64,000 nucleotides of DNA from Podarcis pityusensis (lineage: Eukaryota), in assembly GCA_964106645.2 (NCBI GenBank), contig OZ067040.1. The stretch is one strand, 5' to 3'. This document shows positions 12,945 to 24,782 of this stretch, in pieces. Every line of letters begins with the position of its first letter. Positions within the stretch are counted from its first letter, which is position 1. The position numbers and the translations under genes were made by a program. The notes beneath the pieces are model-generated. The model saw only the letters and a list, made by a program, of their open reading frames with translations. It was not told the origin of the DNA and searched no databases.

Positions 12945-13271
12945 GTAAAGGTAAAGGGACCCCTGACCATTAGGTCCAGTCGTGGCCGACTCTGGGGTTG
13001 CAGCGCTTTATTGGCTGAGGGAGCCGGCGTACAGCTTCCGGGTCATGTGGCCAGCATGACTAAGCCGCTTCTGGCGAACCAGAGCAGCGCACGGAAACGC
13101 CGTTTACCTTCCCGCAGGAGCGGTACCTTTGACGTGCTTTCAAACTGCTAGGTTGGCAGGAGCAGGGACCGAGCAACGGGAGCTCACCCCGTTGCGGGGA
13201 TTCAAACAACCGACCTTCTGATCGGCAAGTCCTAGGCTCTGTGGTTTAACCCACAGCGCCACTCGCCGTCC
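12945..13271 (-). mobile_element. Sauria SINE (Squam1)
   Basis: tRNA-like head, (ACCTTT)n tail, 17-bp TSD ctcttgacagtgctaaa. Confidence 0.9.
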
Positions 13272-13347
13272 CTCTTGACAGTGCTAAATTGATTTAAAAG
13301 CAAATTCTTCAAAACTTTAGAAGCAACATGTTTAATAAACAAGACAC

Positions 13348-13808
13348 AATAATAATAATAATAATAATAAATTTTATTTATATCCCGCCCTCCCCAGCCG
13401 AAGCCGGGCTCAGGGCGGCTAACAACACTAAAATAGTGCAACATTATAAAAACATCAAAGAATTAATTAAAATCAAAATTGATGGCAACCATAAACTAAA
13501 GTATTGTAAAGATTGCCAAAGGAGGGAGTCAGGCTGCGCCCTGACCAAAGGCCTGGTGGAACAGCTCTGTCTTGCAGGCCCTGCGGAAAGATGTCAAGTC
13601 CTGGAGGGCCCTTGTCTCTTGTGACAGAGCATTCCACCAGGTTGGAGCCGCAGCCGAAAAAGCCCTGGCTCTAGTTGAGGCCAGCCTAACCTCTCTGAGG
13701 CCTGGGACCTTCAAGATGTTTTTATTTGAAGACCGTAAGTTCCTCTGTGGGGCATACCAGGAGAGGCGGTCCCGTAGATACGAGGGTCCTAGGCCGTATA
13801 GGGCTTTG
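13348..13808 (-). mobile_element. L2 LINE 3' fragment
   Basis: FKALYGLGPSYLRDRL...FRRACKTELF peptide; highly similar to 6518-6985. Confidence 0.85.
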
Positions 13809-13847
13809 AAATAACAAGTACTGAATAACAAGTACTGAAATAACTGA

Positions 13848-13988
13848 ATCATAGAATTGCAGAGTTGGAAGGGACCCTGAGGATCATCTAGTCCAACCCC
13901 CTGCAATGCAGGAATAGGCAGCTGTTCCATATGGGGATTGAACCTGCAACCTTGGCATTATCAGCACCATGCTTTAACCAACTGAACC
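13848..13988 (-). mobile_element. tRNA-Ile-derived SINE with CR1-type tail (Squam2-like)
   Basis: Head resembles tRNA-Ile (cagttggttaaagcatggtgctgataatgccaaggttgcaggttcaatcccc); tail ggtcccttccaactc...ttctatgattc. Confidence 0.7.
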
Positions 13989-14093
13989 TGCCAAATGTAT
14001 TAAATTCCTTTTTGTGTAGTATGGTGAACTACACACAATTTATTCAATACCTGGTTTTTAATAACGGAACAGCTGTGTACAGCCCAACAGATA

Positions 14094-15081
14094 CAGTGGT
14101 GCCCCGCAAGACGAACGCCTCGCAAGACGGAAAACCCGCTAGACGAAAGGGTTTTCCGTTTTGGAGGCGCTTCGCAAAACGAATTTCCCTATGGGCTTGC
14201 TTCGCAAGACGAAAGCCCATAGGGAAATCTCCGGGACAGCGGGGAAGCGCAGCGCGTCTTCCCCACTGTCCTCGGACCTCCTCCCCCCGCCCGGCATCGG
14301 AACGAAGCTCCGATGCGGGGGGGAAACGCCTCCTCCCGCCGCCCGGCATCGGAACGAAGCTCCGATGCCGGGCGGGGGGGGGAACGCCTCCTCCCCCCCG
14401 CCCGGCATCGGAACGAAGCTCCGATGCCGGGCGGCGGGGGGGAACGCCTCCTCCCCCCCCGCCCGGCATCGGAACGAAGCTCCGATGCCGGGCGGGGGGG
14501 GGAAACGCCTCCTCCCGCCCCGCCCGGCATCGGAACGAAGCTCCGATGCCGGGCGGGGGGGAACGCCTCCTCCCGCCCCGCCCGGCATCGGAACGAAGCT
14601 CCGATGCCGGGCGGGGGGGGAACGCCTCCCCCCCGGCATCGGAACGAAGCTCCGATGCCGGGCGGGGGGGGAAGGAAGCTCCGATGCCGGGCGGGGGGGG
14701 GGACACCTTCTCCCGCCGCCCGGCATCGGATGGCTTTCCTGAAGACTTGGGGTGGGAGGAGGGTTTTCCTTCCCACCGCCAACATTCAGAATGCTGTTCT
14801 GAATGTTGGCGGTGGGGAGGAAAAACCCTACTCCCACGCAAGCCCCGGGAACAGAGGGAAAGCGCTGCGCGCCTTCCCCTCTGTTCCCGTACCTGTCCTG
14901 AAGGCTTGCGGTGGGGAGAAAAGCCCTTCTCCGCACCGCCAGCCTGGCAAGCGGTTTCCCTAGGAACGCATTAATTGATTTTCAATGCATTCCTATGGGA
15001 AACTGTGCATCGCAAGACGAAAAACTCGCAAGAAGAAAAAACTTGCGGAACGAATTAATTTCGTCTTGCGAGGCACCACTG
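14094..15081. mobile_element. Tc1/mariner MITE with hairpin minisatellite (7 full + 2 half units)
   Basis: Same TIRs and body as 5011-6098; TA both sides. Confidence 0.9.
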
Positions 15082-15877
15082 TATAAACTATAAGCTGCCT
15101 GCCCAGAAATTGGTTATCCTCCTGCTTCTTGACTTCACTTCCCCCTTAAAAGTTATCTGTAGTGAGTATAAATGCTAAACTGAGGGCCAAAACATATGTG
15201 CTATTGCATTTAACATATGTAATATTTACATCTGCTCTGTCCAAATTTGAGAAAACACCACATACGAAAATTCTAAGGATCTATGAAGTCAGCACACTCC
15301 AATTGACCCTTCTAACCTCTAGACCAGACACCTTATCAACACTACATTTTTAAAATTACCATGGGAAGAAACATCAGAATCTTCAGAATTTTAAGGGGCA
15401 CAAAGTCCACCACAGATTCCTAGCCTGGGCCAGTGCCTTAATTGTTGGCCCAAAGGTTTTGGAGGCAGTGTCCATTGGATCCGGCAGACGTAGGTCCAAA
15501 CAGGCAGTGGAATGCAAGGAATACCTCTGTGTGTCTGCGCGCACACACTACCAGAGAAGCAAGTAGATGCGGTGGTGGCTTCTGGCAAGCTCTTGTGAGA
15601 GCCTCCACGAGACCATATAAGGCTTCCGAATGCTGCACATGACCTTACCTGAGATCCCAGTAAGGTTGACAAGGTGTCAGGAGGCAAAACAGGATGGACT
15701 GAAATCTATGAAGGGTTGTATTTGTGTTACAATGCTTTAAACCTTTAAATTTTCCAGTTTCATCAGTATCAAGCTTAAGAGATTGATAAAATTTAAATAT
15801 GCTGTACAGCTGAGACTTTGACTGAGACTGTGCATGTGATTTCTGTTTTACTTTGTGCATTTATATTCTTTGAACAG

Positions 15878-15976
15878 GTACGCTGTTTGAGCAAAGCACA
15901 AAATATGTCTTCAATGGTTCCTCAGGATCTAGAAAGCATTACTGCATATACTATAGATCGCTATTGGGGGAGACAT
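15878..15976 (+). CDS. CATSPERE: CATSPERE coding exon (VRCLSKAQNMSSMVPQDLESITAYTIDRYWGRH)
   Basis: aacag acceptor, CAT|gtaag donor; CL..AQ...WG motif. Confidence 0.87.
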
Positions 15977-16526
15977 GTAAGAAAATGTATATAATAAGGA
16001 AATTAATAATATGAATTCTGAAGCTCTCATGGTATTTTGCCTATGAATATTGATCAGGACATACAAATTAATATTCAAGAGGCAATGCAATAAGGGCACA
16101 ATCCTGTGGTCACTAGCAATGCATCTCTAGAGCTATGTGATGTTTTGGATCTCCTTCTCCAAAGGCAGCAGGTGGTGCCCTACCTTGAAACAGGAAATCT
16201 GACCTTGTAAGGCACCTACCAGCCCTGTAGAAACATATGTAGCCCTTATCTTACAGATATCAGTAGAGGTAAAAAGGGGACATGAAAACCTTTGCCTTCT
16301 TCTTACACACGCCAAACAGAACAAAATATACCCCATGGAAACAATAGGTGGGAAATTGTAATGTTATCCCCACCCTCTCAAAAACGGCCAGAAAGGGAGT
16401 TCCACCCTTCTATCCACCTTGTTTGTGTGTCCCAAGCAGAGCTTTAGATATTTTGGATCTTCCATCTTTGGTCTTCCTCCTACCCACCAGCTTTGCTGAT
16501 GTTCTGGATTGCATGATTTGCCAATA

Positions 16527-16966
16527 CAGTGGTGCCTCGCAAGACGAAAAGAATCCGTTCCGCGAGTCTCTTCGTCTTGCGGGTTTTTTCGTCTTGCGAA
16601 GCAAGCCCATTAGCGGATTAGTGCTACAGTATTAGCGGCTTAGCGGGCTTAGTGGATCAGCTGATAAGCGGCTTAAGGATAAGCTGATAAGCGGCTTAAC
16701 GATCAGCTGATAAGCGGCTTAACGATCAGCTGATAAGCGGCTTAGCATCAGCTGTTAAGCGGCTTAGCCATCAGCTGATAAGCGGTTTAGCGGCTTGGGA
16801 AAAAGGGGGCGAAAGGAAAAAAACCCCGCAGGAACTCGCAAGACATTTTCGTCTTGCGAAGCAAGCACATAGGAAATTCGTTTTGCGAAGCACCTCCAAA
16901 ACGGAAAACCCTTTCGTCTAGCGGGTTTTCCGTCTTGCGAGGCATTCGTCTTGCGGGGCACCACTG
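16527..16966. mobile_element. Related Tc1/mariner MITE with ~23-bp palindromic internal repeat
   Basis: Same TIRs as the 5011 family, inverted; TA both sides; core of (gatcagctgataagcggcttaac)-like units. Confidence 0.85.
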
Positions 16967-17156
16967 TACTTTGAAAACTATAGTGTCTTAAACTGTACCT
17001 AATTATTTTTTGCAACCCAACAACTATGGAATCAGCTACTTATTTATTATGCAAACACTTTAGGACATAAAGCAGGTATATTATTTGTACTTACCATATT
17101 CCTCACGTATTATGGATGTTTGTCTTACGGTAAATTAATTACATTTCCCCACCCAG

Positions 17157-17317
17157 AATTACGTATCCTGTTTTATGAGTGGTGGTGCTGGACTTCTAGG
17201 AACACTAGATAATCAATATGAACTCATGAACCATTCTGGCATCAACTCTATCATTTGGCCTCAGGACTATGCTGGCATTTTCCTGTTCAGATTGAAGATA
17301 ATGGATCCAAACTACAG
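17157..17317 (+). CDS. CATSPERE: CATSPERE coding exon (NYVSCF...IIWPQDYAGIFLFRLKIMDPNYS)
   Basis: cccag acceptor, AG|gttag donor; NY..CF and DPNYS motifs. Confidence 0.92.
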
Positions 17318-17373
17318 GTTAGCTTTAACATAATTAGCAGTTGTATGGTTAAGTATCTTCTTTCTTCTTCTTT

Positions 17374-17655
17374 GAGAGCCAGTGTAGTGTAGTGGTTAAG
17401 AGCGGTAGTCTCGTAATCTGGGGAACCAGGTTCACGTCTCCGCTCCTCCACATGCAGCTGCTGGGTGACCTTGGGCTAGTCACACTTCTTTGAAGTCTCT
17501 CAGCCCCACTCACCTCACAGAGGGTTTGTTGTGGGGGAGGAAGGGAAAGGAGAATGCTAGCCGCTTTGAGACTCCTTAAAGGGAGTGAAAGGCGGGATAT
17601 CAAATCCAAACTCTTCTTCTTCTTCTTCTTCTTCTTCTTCTTCTTCTTCTTCTTC
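17374..17655 (+). mobile_element. tRNA-derived SINE (Squam3-like) with (CTT)n tail
   Basis: A-box tgtagtggttaagagc, B-box-like ggttcacgtctcc, CORE-like gtgaccttgggctagtcac, (CTT)n tail. Confidence 0.8.
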
Positions 17656-17995
17656 GGTGATCACTCATTGCCAAGTAAGATTGTCTTCCATAAACACGGT
17701 TTTAACAATGAGTCCATAAGTGACTGTGGAGGCTAATTCTGGATCCACACGTCCTTCCACAGTGGGGACATTGGTTTCCGGGCAGGAGTTGATCACGGTG
17801 TGGATTTGCCAAGCGTGCCTTCCTCTTAGCATGTTTCTCCTTGCATCCTGAGTTCGAGTGTCTTCAAAGCCCATGACACGTTTGGTAAAGGCTGTTCTGC
17901 AGTTGGAGCACTCGCAGGCCAGTGTTTCCCATTTGTTGGTGTTTATACTACATTTTTTAAGATTTGCCTTGAGACAGTCTTTAAACCTCTTTTTT
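17656..17995 (-). mobile_element. RTE-clade LINE 3' fragment with C-terminal C2H2 finger
   Basis: KRFKDCLKANL...WETLA and CPHCGRTCGSRISLHSHLWTH peptides; (GAA)n tail. Confidence 0.75.
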
Positions 17996-19005
17996 TGAAT
18001 ATAATTATACCTGAATGGAACATGTTTATAAATTTGTAATTAAGTTAATTCCTAAGTGTTTGGGACAATAGTCAACTCGTATTCAGAGTAGATCCATTGA
18101 AATCAGTGGTCTTAAGTTACTTCAATAGTTCAATAGTTTCAATTAAATAGTTAAATAGTTTCAATGGGTCTTCTTCGAGTATATAGAACTAATATTGAGT
18201 GTCATATATGGTGTACATTATACAACAGGTCAATAGCAGAGATGACATCTAGCTGTTACTTAGGAACACAATAACATAGCAGATTTTCAGTTCAGTGTGC
18301 TGAATATCACCCAGAAAACTTTAGTTATTGGATGACAAATACAGTAAAACAATTTAAATAAAATAAGGTACACAGAACTCTGAATCTCATCCATTTTGTG
18401 TTATGGGAGGGTCCTGGCATATCGCCTCTGCACATGTGCTAAACTGATGGTATCCAAGGAGGAAGACAAAATCAGTCAATCTGCAAGTACAGTTTGTTAC
18501 CAGTTCTGCTTTCTTTTACACACAATATTTTCTTAGAGTAGAAAAACCTCACACACACCCATGCAGAGAGTGTGTTCATCTAATTTAATCTCTGTACAAC
18601 ACCAGCAATTACAGCTTCTTATGTACATATGGAAAAACAGTTACATAACCAATCTCACAAATGAGGGTGCTGGGGGGTGGGGCGCTGTGGTAGCATGCCC
18701 TTTTTCTTATACTCATGCAGAGAACACATGCTGATATGGAAGGAGAATAGTCCTGTTCATGTTGGTTAAGGCTATCAAGCACTACTAGTATCAGTAACCC
18801 CGTCTCTGAAGGGCCCAAATGTATCTGTCACCACTCCTCTCACAGTATCATCACTGTCATGAATCTTACACTTGATTTTTCTGAAGCAGTAATCGTCTAA
18901 AATTTGACTTCCCCTCTAATTATAAGATGGTTTCCCTCTCATTATAAGACTGTTGTAGTTTACAGTTATGAAAAATAATGTTTAGTCTCTCATTTTTTAT
19001 TCCAG

Positions 19006-19059
19006 TTTTTGTCCTTATGAAGCTTATTTTGCAGTTCGGACACATGGCATCATTGAAAG
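19006..19059 (+). CDS. CATSPERE: CATSPERE coding exon (FCPYEAYFAVRTHGIIES)
   Basis: ttccag acceptor, AG|gtagg donor, 54 nt. Confidence 0.88.
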
Positions 19060-19514
19060 GTAGGCATTAGTACTCTTGATTTGTTGGCATGAGATCAAGC
19101 ATTAGTTCCCATTCCTGCACAAAAGTTTGGTAAAAATCCTGATACAAAGTTTAGTATAAATCCATTGAACAAACTCCGTGTTCTGAAATCTGGGAAGATG
19201 TATTTACTTTCTACATTCTTAAAAAGCCTAGAGGCTTTCAGATTTTTTTCTAGTTCAATGGAAGATTGATAATATGAATGTTAACATTCTCTGTGTGTAA
19301 AAAATTGACTCAGAAAATTAGATCATGAGCTAGGGGATTGAGTATGGCATGCGTAGTGAGTACCACAGCAGTGTCAAGTTTAGGTGAGAGGGGCACAGCC
19401 TGCTATAACACACCCCAGCTCTGTGTAGGTGTTCCAATAACATTCTACATGTATTGGAAGCTAAACAAATAATTACATTCCATTCAGTGGAGCTTGTGAC
19501 AATAATGCATTTTA

Positions 19515-19613
19515 TTGTTTTTTAAATATTTTGTTGGAAGCCGCCCAGAGTGGCTGGGGAAACCCAGCCAGGTGGGTGGGGTATAAATAATAAATTATTA
19601 TTATTATTATTAT
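19515..19613 (+). mobile_element. L2 3' tail fragment with (ATT)n
   Basis: ggaagccgcccagagtggctgggg...ggtataaataataaattattatt matches the tail at 36416-36510. Confidence 0.7.
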
Positions 19614-19674
19614 TAGCCAGCAGCTCATTGAATGAACACACACACACTTATGTTCCATTTTGTTTGTATTTTAG

Positions 19675-19861
19675 CCTAAACATGCTTAAGATTGCCGGTT
19701 GGGCTTGCCTGATAGTTGTTTTCTTTTGCGGAGTCCTTGCCTTCAGCTACTATCGGTATGTGAAATTATTTCGGGCACTCCATTTTGTGGACCCAGTGGT
19801 GTCATTTAATTCAGAGATTACTTCAGCGGTTTCTTCAGATGAAGCGAAGAAATATGAGTAA
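19675..19861 (+). CDS. CATSPERE: CATSPERE last coding exon (transmembrane helix + short cytoplasmic tail, TAA stop)
   Basis: ttttag acceptor; LNMLKIAGWACLIVVFFCGVLAFSYYRYVKLFR...KKYE*; ATTAAA at 19889 and AATAAA near 20090. Confidence 0.9.
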
Positions 19862-21244
19862 CCCAGTTACAAATTATTACTTGTACTTATTAAACTGTAT
19901 ATGAACATACAATACTGTAATGTTTTAAACAAATGCTGTAATGTTTCAAACTAAGATTAATACAAGTATACTTTTAAACACAATTTTCTAACATTCTCTA
20001 AAACCCTCAAAAGCTGATCATCTTATATTTTTCAAAATCCCAATCCCAAATTGGTCCATTCCTTCTGTGCAATAATTTTTTAACAAGAAAATAAAATATT
20101 TATTCAGGAATGGTTCTGTGATGTTAACAATGACCTCTGGATACTCAAGAACTGAATCGTTAGCACTGGTTGTTATTTTAAATTTTGTTTTTATTGAAGA
20201 TTCTATTGTGCTACAAAATAAACAAACAGCCAATGGAAAGAACATATAGTGTCTCCACTTTCAATTTATAGAGTTTTTCACAGTGAGTGAATGTTCAGTG
20301 TGAGACACTAATCCTTAGCACTGTTCATAGTACTATTCATAATGGTGGTAGATAAGTGACAAGTTTGGGTGTTAGGACAAATGTCTGTGTACAAATATTT
20401 ATAGCAAGCAATAAACGTGTTCTCAAACTCTCTACCTTCCATTCCAATTTGATATAGCTTAAAATTACTGAGACCCACCAGTCACAAAATTGTAGCAGAG
20501 GGAGGCAGACTTTGGCGTAATCAGCTAACAATTACTGGCATCATTTTCTACTAATACCTAATCCCTCTTTGAAATTTCTCAAGTTTTTTGCTTCAGAGAT
20601 TTTCTTGTGACAAGGAGTTCCATAGCTCAGTTTCATTCATGCTAAGAGCATACATTGGCTGTAAGGCTGTTGAAACTCAGCCTCTCCATTTTAGCCAGAA
20701 ATTTGCTAATTTGGAGTAGAGAAAGATTTTGCTTTTTATTTCCTCCTCTCTTTCATGTTTCCCCAAGTATTTTTATCCCTTGTCATACTTATTATTCTAC
20801 AAACTGCCTGTTTGCTTCAACCCTCCTCCCTGTTCCTTTAGCATTGATTTCTTCCCTCTATAACAACTTTTCTATTACCAGTTTATTGTTGTTATTCTTT
20901 TTTAAAAAAATTAACCCTGTATCTCTTTCTCATTTCTTTCAGCATCTTTCCCCTGCCCTCAGATGAGGGACACCACATTTCCCTCCCCCTCTGAACTTCT
21001 CCCAGCCACCTTTACCTAGTATATGGGGAGCTGTTGGTGTGGGTTTCAGTCCAATCAGAAGTCAATGGCACAATCAGGGGCAGGGGGAAGGAAGAGGCAC
21101 TGGGCAAGCTGTGACACTGAAGTTCCCCACTGGTCCTTGATAAATCATTTAATAAACACGGGATACGGCAAAATGTGGTTTAACATGAGAATGGACCATT
21201 TAGCGTTTGTGTTCCCCCAAGTGTTACTGAACTCCTGGCAGCTC

Positions 21245-21432
21245 CATAGGAAGGTGCCTTATACCAAGTCAGATCATTGGTCCAACCAGCTTAGTACTGT
21301 CTACACTGACTGGCAGCTGTTCTGCAGGATTTCAAGCAGGGGTCTCTCCCAACCATACCTTGAAATGCTGTGGATTGAACCTGGGACCTTCTCCACACAA
21401 AATATATGCTCTATCATTGAGCTGTGGTCCCC
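21245..21432 (-). mobile_element. Old tRNA-derived SINE
   Basis: Reverse-strand gctcaatgatagagc...ggtcccaggttcaatcc head. Confidence 0.5.
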
Positions 21433-22899
21433 AACTAACATGGCCAATGGTTAGGGATTATGGGAGCTGTGATGCAGCAGCATCTGGAGGGCAACCATTT
21501 CTCCCTAGTTTAATATTTTTTTAAGAAAGCAGTTTGTTTTTCCTTACATTAAAATGCTCAGAAAGATATACTGTATCCTACACAAGAATTCACCACCACT
21601 AAACAAACTCTCCCCCACCACTTTTGACGTTCTTCTGAATCAAATTTGATATCTGTTGTTTTTTTTTAAAAACCATCTGAAAACAGCACATTGCAAGCTT
21701 CAAATCAATATAAAACAAATTCATTTCCTACACCATTCAAACTCTGCTGTGGAAAAAATAAAGTTATTTTGTCATATGTGTATACAGTATATCAAAACTC
21801 CGTATTAGAACACCGGAGCTGAATGGAATTGGGAGCTGAAAGGGAACCTAGTAATGATCTGTGTAACAACCCATTGAAAGTGATTTACTGAAAATGAAAA
21901 AAACAGTGTGAGAAATGCAGCATTCTTGTACAGCTCATTGGTCTTTCAGCCTTGATTTTATAACTATACTGTCTTTTCTTTGGCTCCCAAATGCTATGTA
22001 CAAAACAGGAAAGGAGATAGGGCACCAAAGGGCCACTCCAAGGTTTACTTATTATTCTTATGGCCCCATCCCTTTATTTGCATATAATGAGCACATATAT
22101 ATAGAAGGAATTATGTTTTCCAAGGTGCAGTGAAATGGCTGTGGGTCATCCTGGGAAATATATTCTCACTTCAACCTGTGGGAGTGAGCAGCCTGCTCAC
22201 TCAAGTACAGTACAGCAATCAGGTGCTCTGTTTCTGCGCCACCATTGGTTGATAGAGAGATCACGAGGCAGCTTTGGTTGCTACAATGGTAATTTGGGGA
22301 CATTAATTGGACAGCACTGACAAATGGCTGCTGGGCAGTCTGGGAGCAAAGGATGGTACTAGGGGACTAAGCAATTGGGAAGAGGATGTCAGGGGAGTGT
22401 TGTGCCAGGGGACAGCAGACCTTTCTCATGGTGATTACAGCTTGTGCCCACATAAAGAATGAAAAAGGAAAAGATAGGAAGCAGAACACGACCATAGCCA
22501 TATTTCACACCTGAAATGTTAACTGCATCCTTATGCAGATAACACGGATGTGGTGATCACCATCTATTTGTTCATAGGTTTAAAACACTGCTACTGTAAT
22601 GAATTTATAGTCCTGTTCAAATTATAATCTCATTATGGTGAAATTGACTATGAATTAGGCATAGCAACTGTCAGCGTCATGTGCTTTCCCTACTTCTGTT
22701 CTTTGTAGATGAGAAGAAAGAGCTGCTGCTTTCACTTTGGAAGAAATCACAGTTCTCTCCAACGTACAAACTTGCAACTGTCGTTTGATAGCCTGGTTTG
22801 CCAATTCCTTTGCTTAAACCGAGTTTCCCCAGGTTGCACATAATGGGAGTCTGTGATCTGTTATAAAAAGAACCTCCTTTTGCACATGAAGGAGAGGAG

Positions 22900-24100
22900 G
22901 CCAGCGATTGATGATGTTAAGCGCCGCTTGCGAGGCGAGGGGAAGCAGAAGCACTGCAAAGGGGCTTCCAGATGGGATCGGGCGCTGCACACGCCCGCTC
23001 CTGATCCCCCTCTCCTCCACCACCCTATTCCAGCGGGCGCACAAGGCCACAAAGAAGCAAAAGGGCTCGAATCCTGCGTGCGCCCTGGCAGCTCCTCCGC
23101 CACAGAAGGGCTTCTGAGCCCCTCAGTCAGCTGAGGGCAGCGGCGGCTCCTCCACATACCCACCGGGCCCCGCACCCGTCTCCCTGGCGGCAGCGAGGGC
23201 GCTCAGCCAGCTGCCCCCGCCTCGGGTCACACGAGGCGAACTTTCGCGCGGACATTCGGAAGGCCGTTGGTCGAGGAACCCTCGCGCATTCTAGCAGCCA
23301 GAAGAAGGCAGAACTGGGGGAAAGACTCCCGCTTCTTCCCTTTGGGCTGCCGGGAAACATGCTTCCTCCCGCGCTGCATGCTGGGGGTTGTAGTTTGGGC
23401 GCCTCACCTCCCCGGCGCTGAAGATGTGGGCAAGCTGGAAGGGCTCCTTCGCGAAAGCCGTTGGCCGAGAGGGGAGGAAGGGGCGCGCGGGCGGCGCAAC
23501 AGCCGCTCCTCAGGGAAGGTCACTTTTGCGCGTCCCCCGCGGCCCGTAGGGGCGGGCGGCGGCGGCAGCAGCCCGGAGACAAACAAGAGAGGCGGAGCTG
23601 CGCTGGGCCCCACCCGGGTGCCGGTGGCGGCTCTCGGCTCGCGTCTGCCGAGCGCGGGGCGAGGAGGCTTCGTGGGGACGCGGCCCCGGCTCCCCTCTTT
23701 CCCTCAGCGGAGGCGGCTCCATGCTGCCGGCGGCTCCGTCGCGCCCCTCAGCCAGAGGCCGGACGAGGAGGCGGCGGCCGCCCGGGGGGCCTCCCGAGAG
23801 CGCCCCGAGGCCGCCGCCCGAGGCCTGAGAGGGACCCCCGCCTGGAGTCGCGCGAGGGGAGAATGGCGAACCAGCTGGTGATCCTCAACGTCTACGACAT
23901 GGTGAGTGGGCGACGGAGCCGGCCGTCGGGGGCCTGCCTGCGTTTGTCCCCGCAACTCCACTCCCCGCCAGGTTCAACGCTCACATTTCTCGAGCTCGCT
24001 CTCGCATCTTTCGCCCTGGGCTGCTGCTGCTCTGCCTCCATAGCTCCTTCCTTTCCCAAACGCCACAGGAGTCTCCTTCTGCGGTTCCTCGGCGCTCACA
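22900..24100 (+). promoter_or_regulatory. CpG island / DESI2 promoter and exon 1
   Basis: Sharp rise in GC and CpG around the start codon. ZNF143/SBS-like motif AACTACAACCCCCAGCATGC on the minus strand at 23376-23395. Confidence 0.85.
23863..23901 (+). CDS. DESI2: DESI2 coding exon 1 (MANQLVILNVYDM)
   Basis: PPPDE N-terminal LNVYD motif; ATG|gtgagt donor. Confidence 0.95.
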
Positions 24101-24782
24101 TGTTTCTTCCCCCTCCTCCTCCTTCCATACATTGCTGCAACAGCAGGATGCTGGTTTAGATGCTCCTTTCATTATCCCCTTTTTGCCCTGGAAAGGTACA
24201 ATAACAATTTGGAAGCGAGGGAATTATTAAGGGCTCTAAAGTTATCGCAACAGGTGTGTGAATTTTCAGTTGCCTCTCTTTGGGTGTTGGATTCGTGCCC
24301 ATCTCCATCTTTGGTACTTTGAGTTGATCTTTGTAATGTCATGCATACAAAGAAAGAATGATAGTGTTTTAATAAGGATCTATCAGAGTTGGCCAGAACA
24401 CAATCCTCTAGTTTCTTACACTCTGAATTGCCTTGAGGACTAGAGCCTTACACCACCATTTTTGCATGTACAAAGAACCTAAGCTGGTTGCGGGGGGGGG
24501 GGTGACTACTTAAAAGATCAAATGACAAGACCTGGACACAAGTAGAAACATAATATCTTTTCAAACAGGTTAGCACTCGTGTAGTCAGGTGGCCTTAAAG
24601 TCTAAATTATAGTACTGTACTGCACTGGTTTATCATGTGAGGAAAAACATTGGAGACATTTAACTCCCTGTTGCTTTTGGCTAAAGTGTTGCAATCTTTG
24701 ACTCTGCCAGCTCATAAATGACACACACCATTCCTATCTGACTTCTTCAGCATTGCACAACAGCTTCTTAAGAATTGCAGAA

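Larger units (their letters stand above)
672..19861 (+). other. CATSPERE: CATSPERE gene, 3' part (10 coding exons; 5' part lies upstream of the window)
   Basis: Ten exons splice in frame into a CatSper-epsilon-like C-terminal region (VGCP...YNFALFGCP...EANYILWEMNGRNDY...IMDPNYSFC...TM helix-SYYRY). Position upstream of DESI2 matches human synteny. Confidence 0.9.

Noticed and set aside
13925-13990. tRNA-Ile gene
   Set aside because: Truncated, mutated and fused to a CR1-type tail; it is a SINE head.
5011-15081. Segmental duplication (MITE + L2 pair at 5.0-7.5 kb and 13.3-15.1 kb)
   Set aside because: Order and spacing of the two repeats differ and the unique flanks are not shared, so these are independent insertions.
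23461-23862. In-frame N-terminal extension of DESI2 from a TTG codon
   Set aside because: Open frames are expected in a CpG island, and the ATG at 23863 already gives a full-length 193-aa protein.
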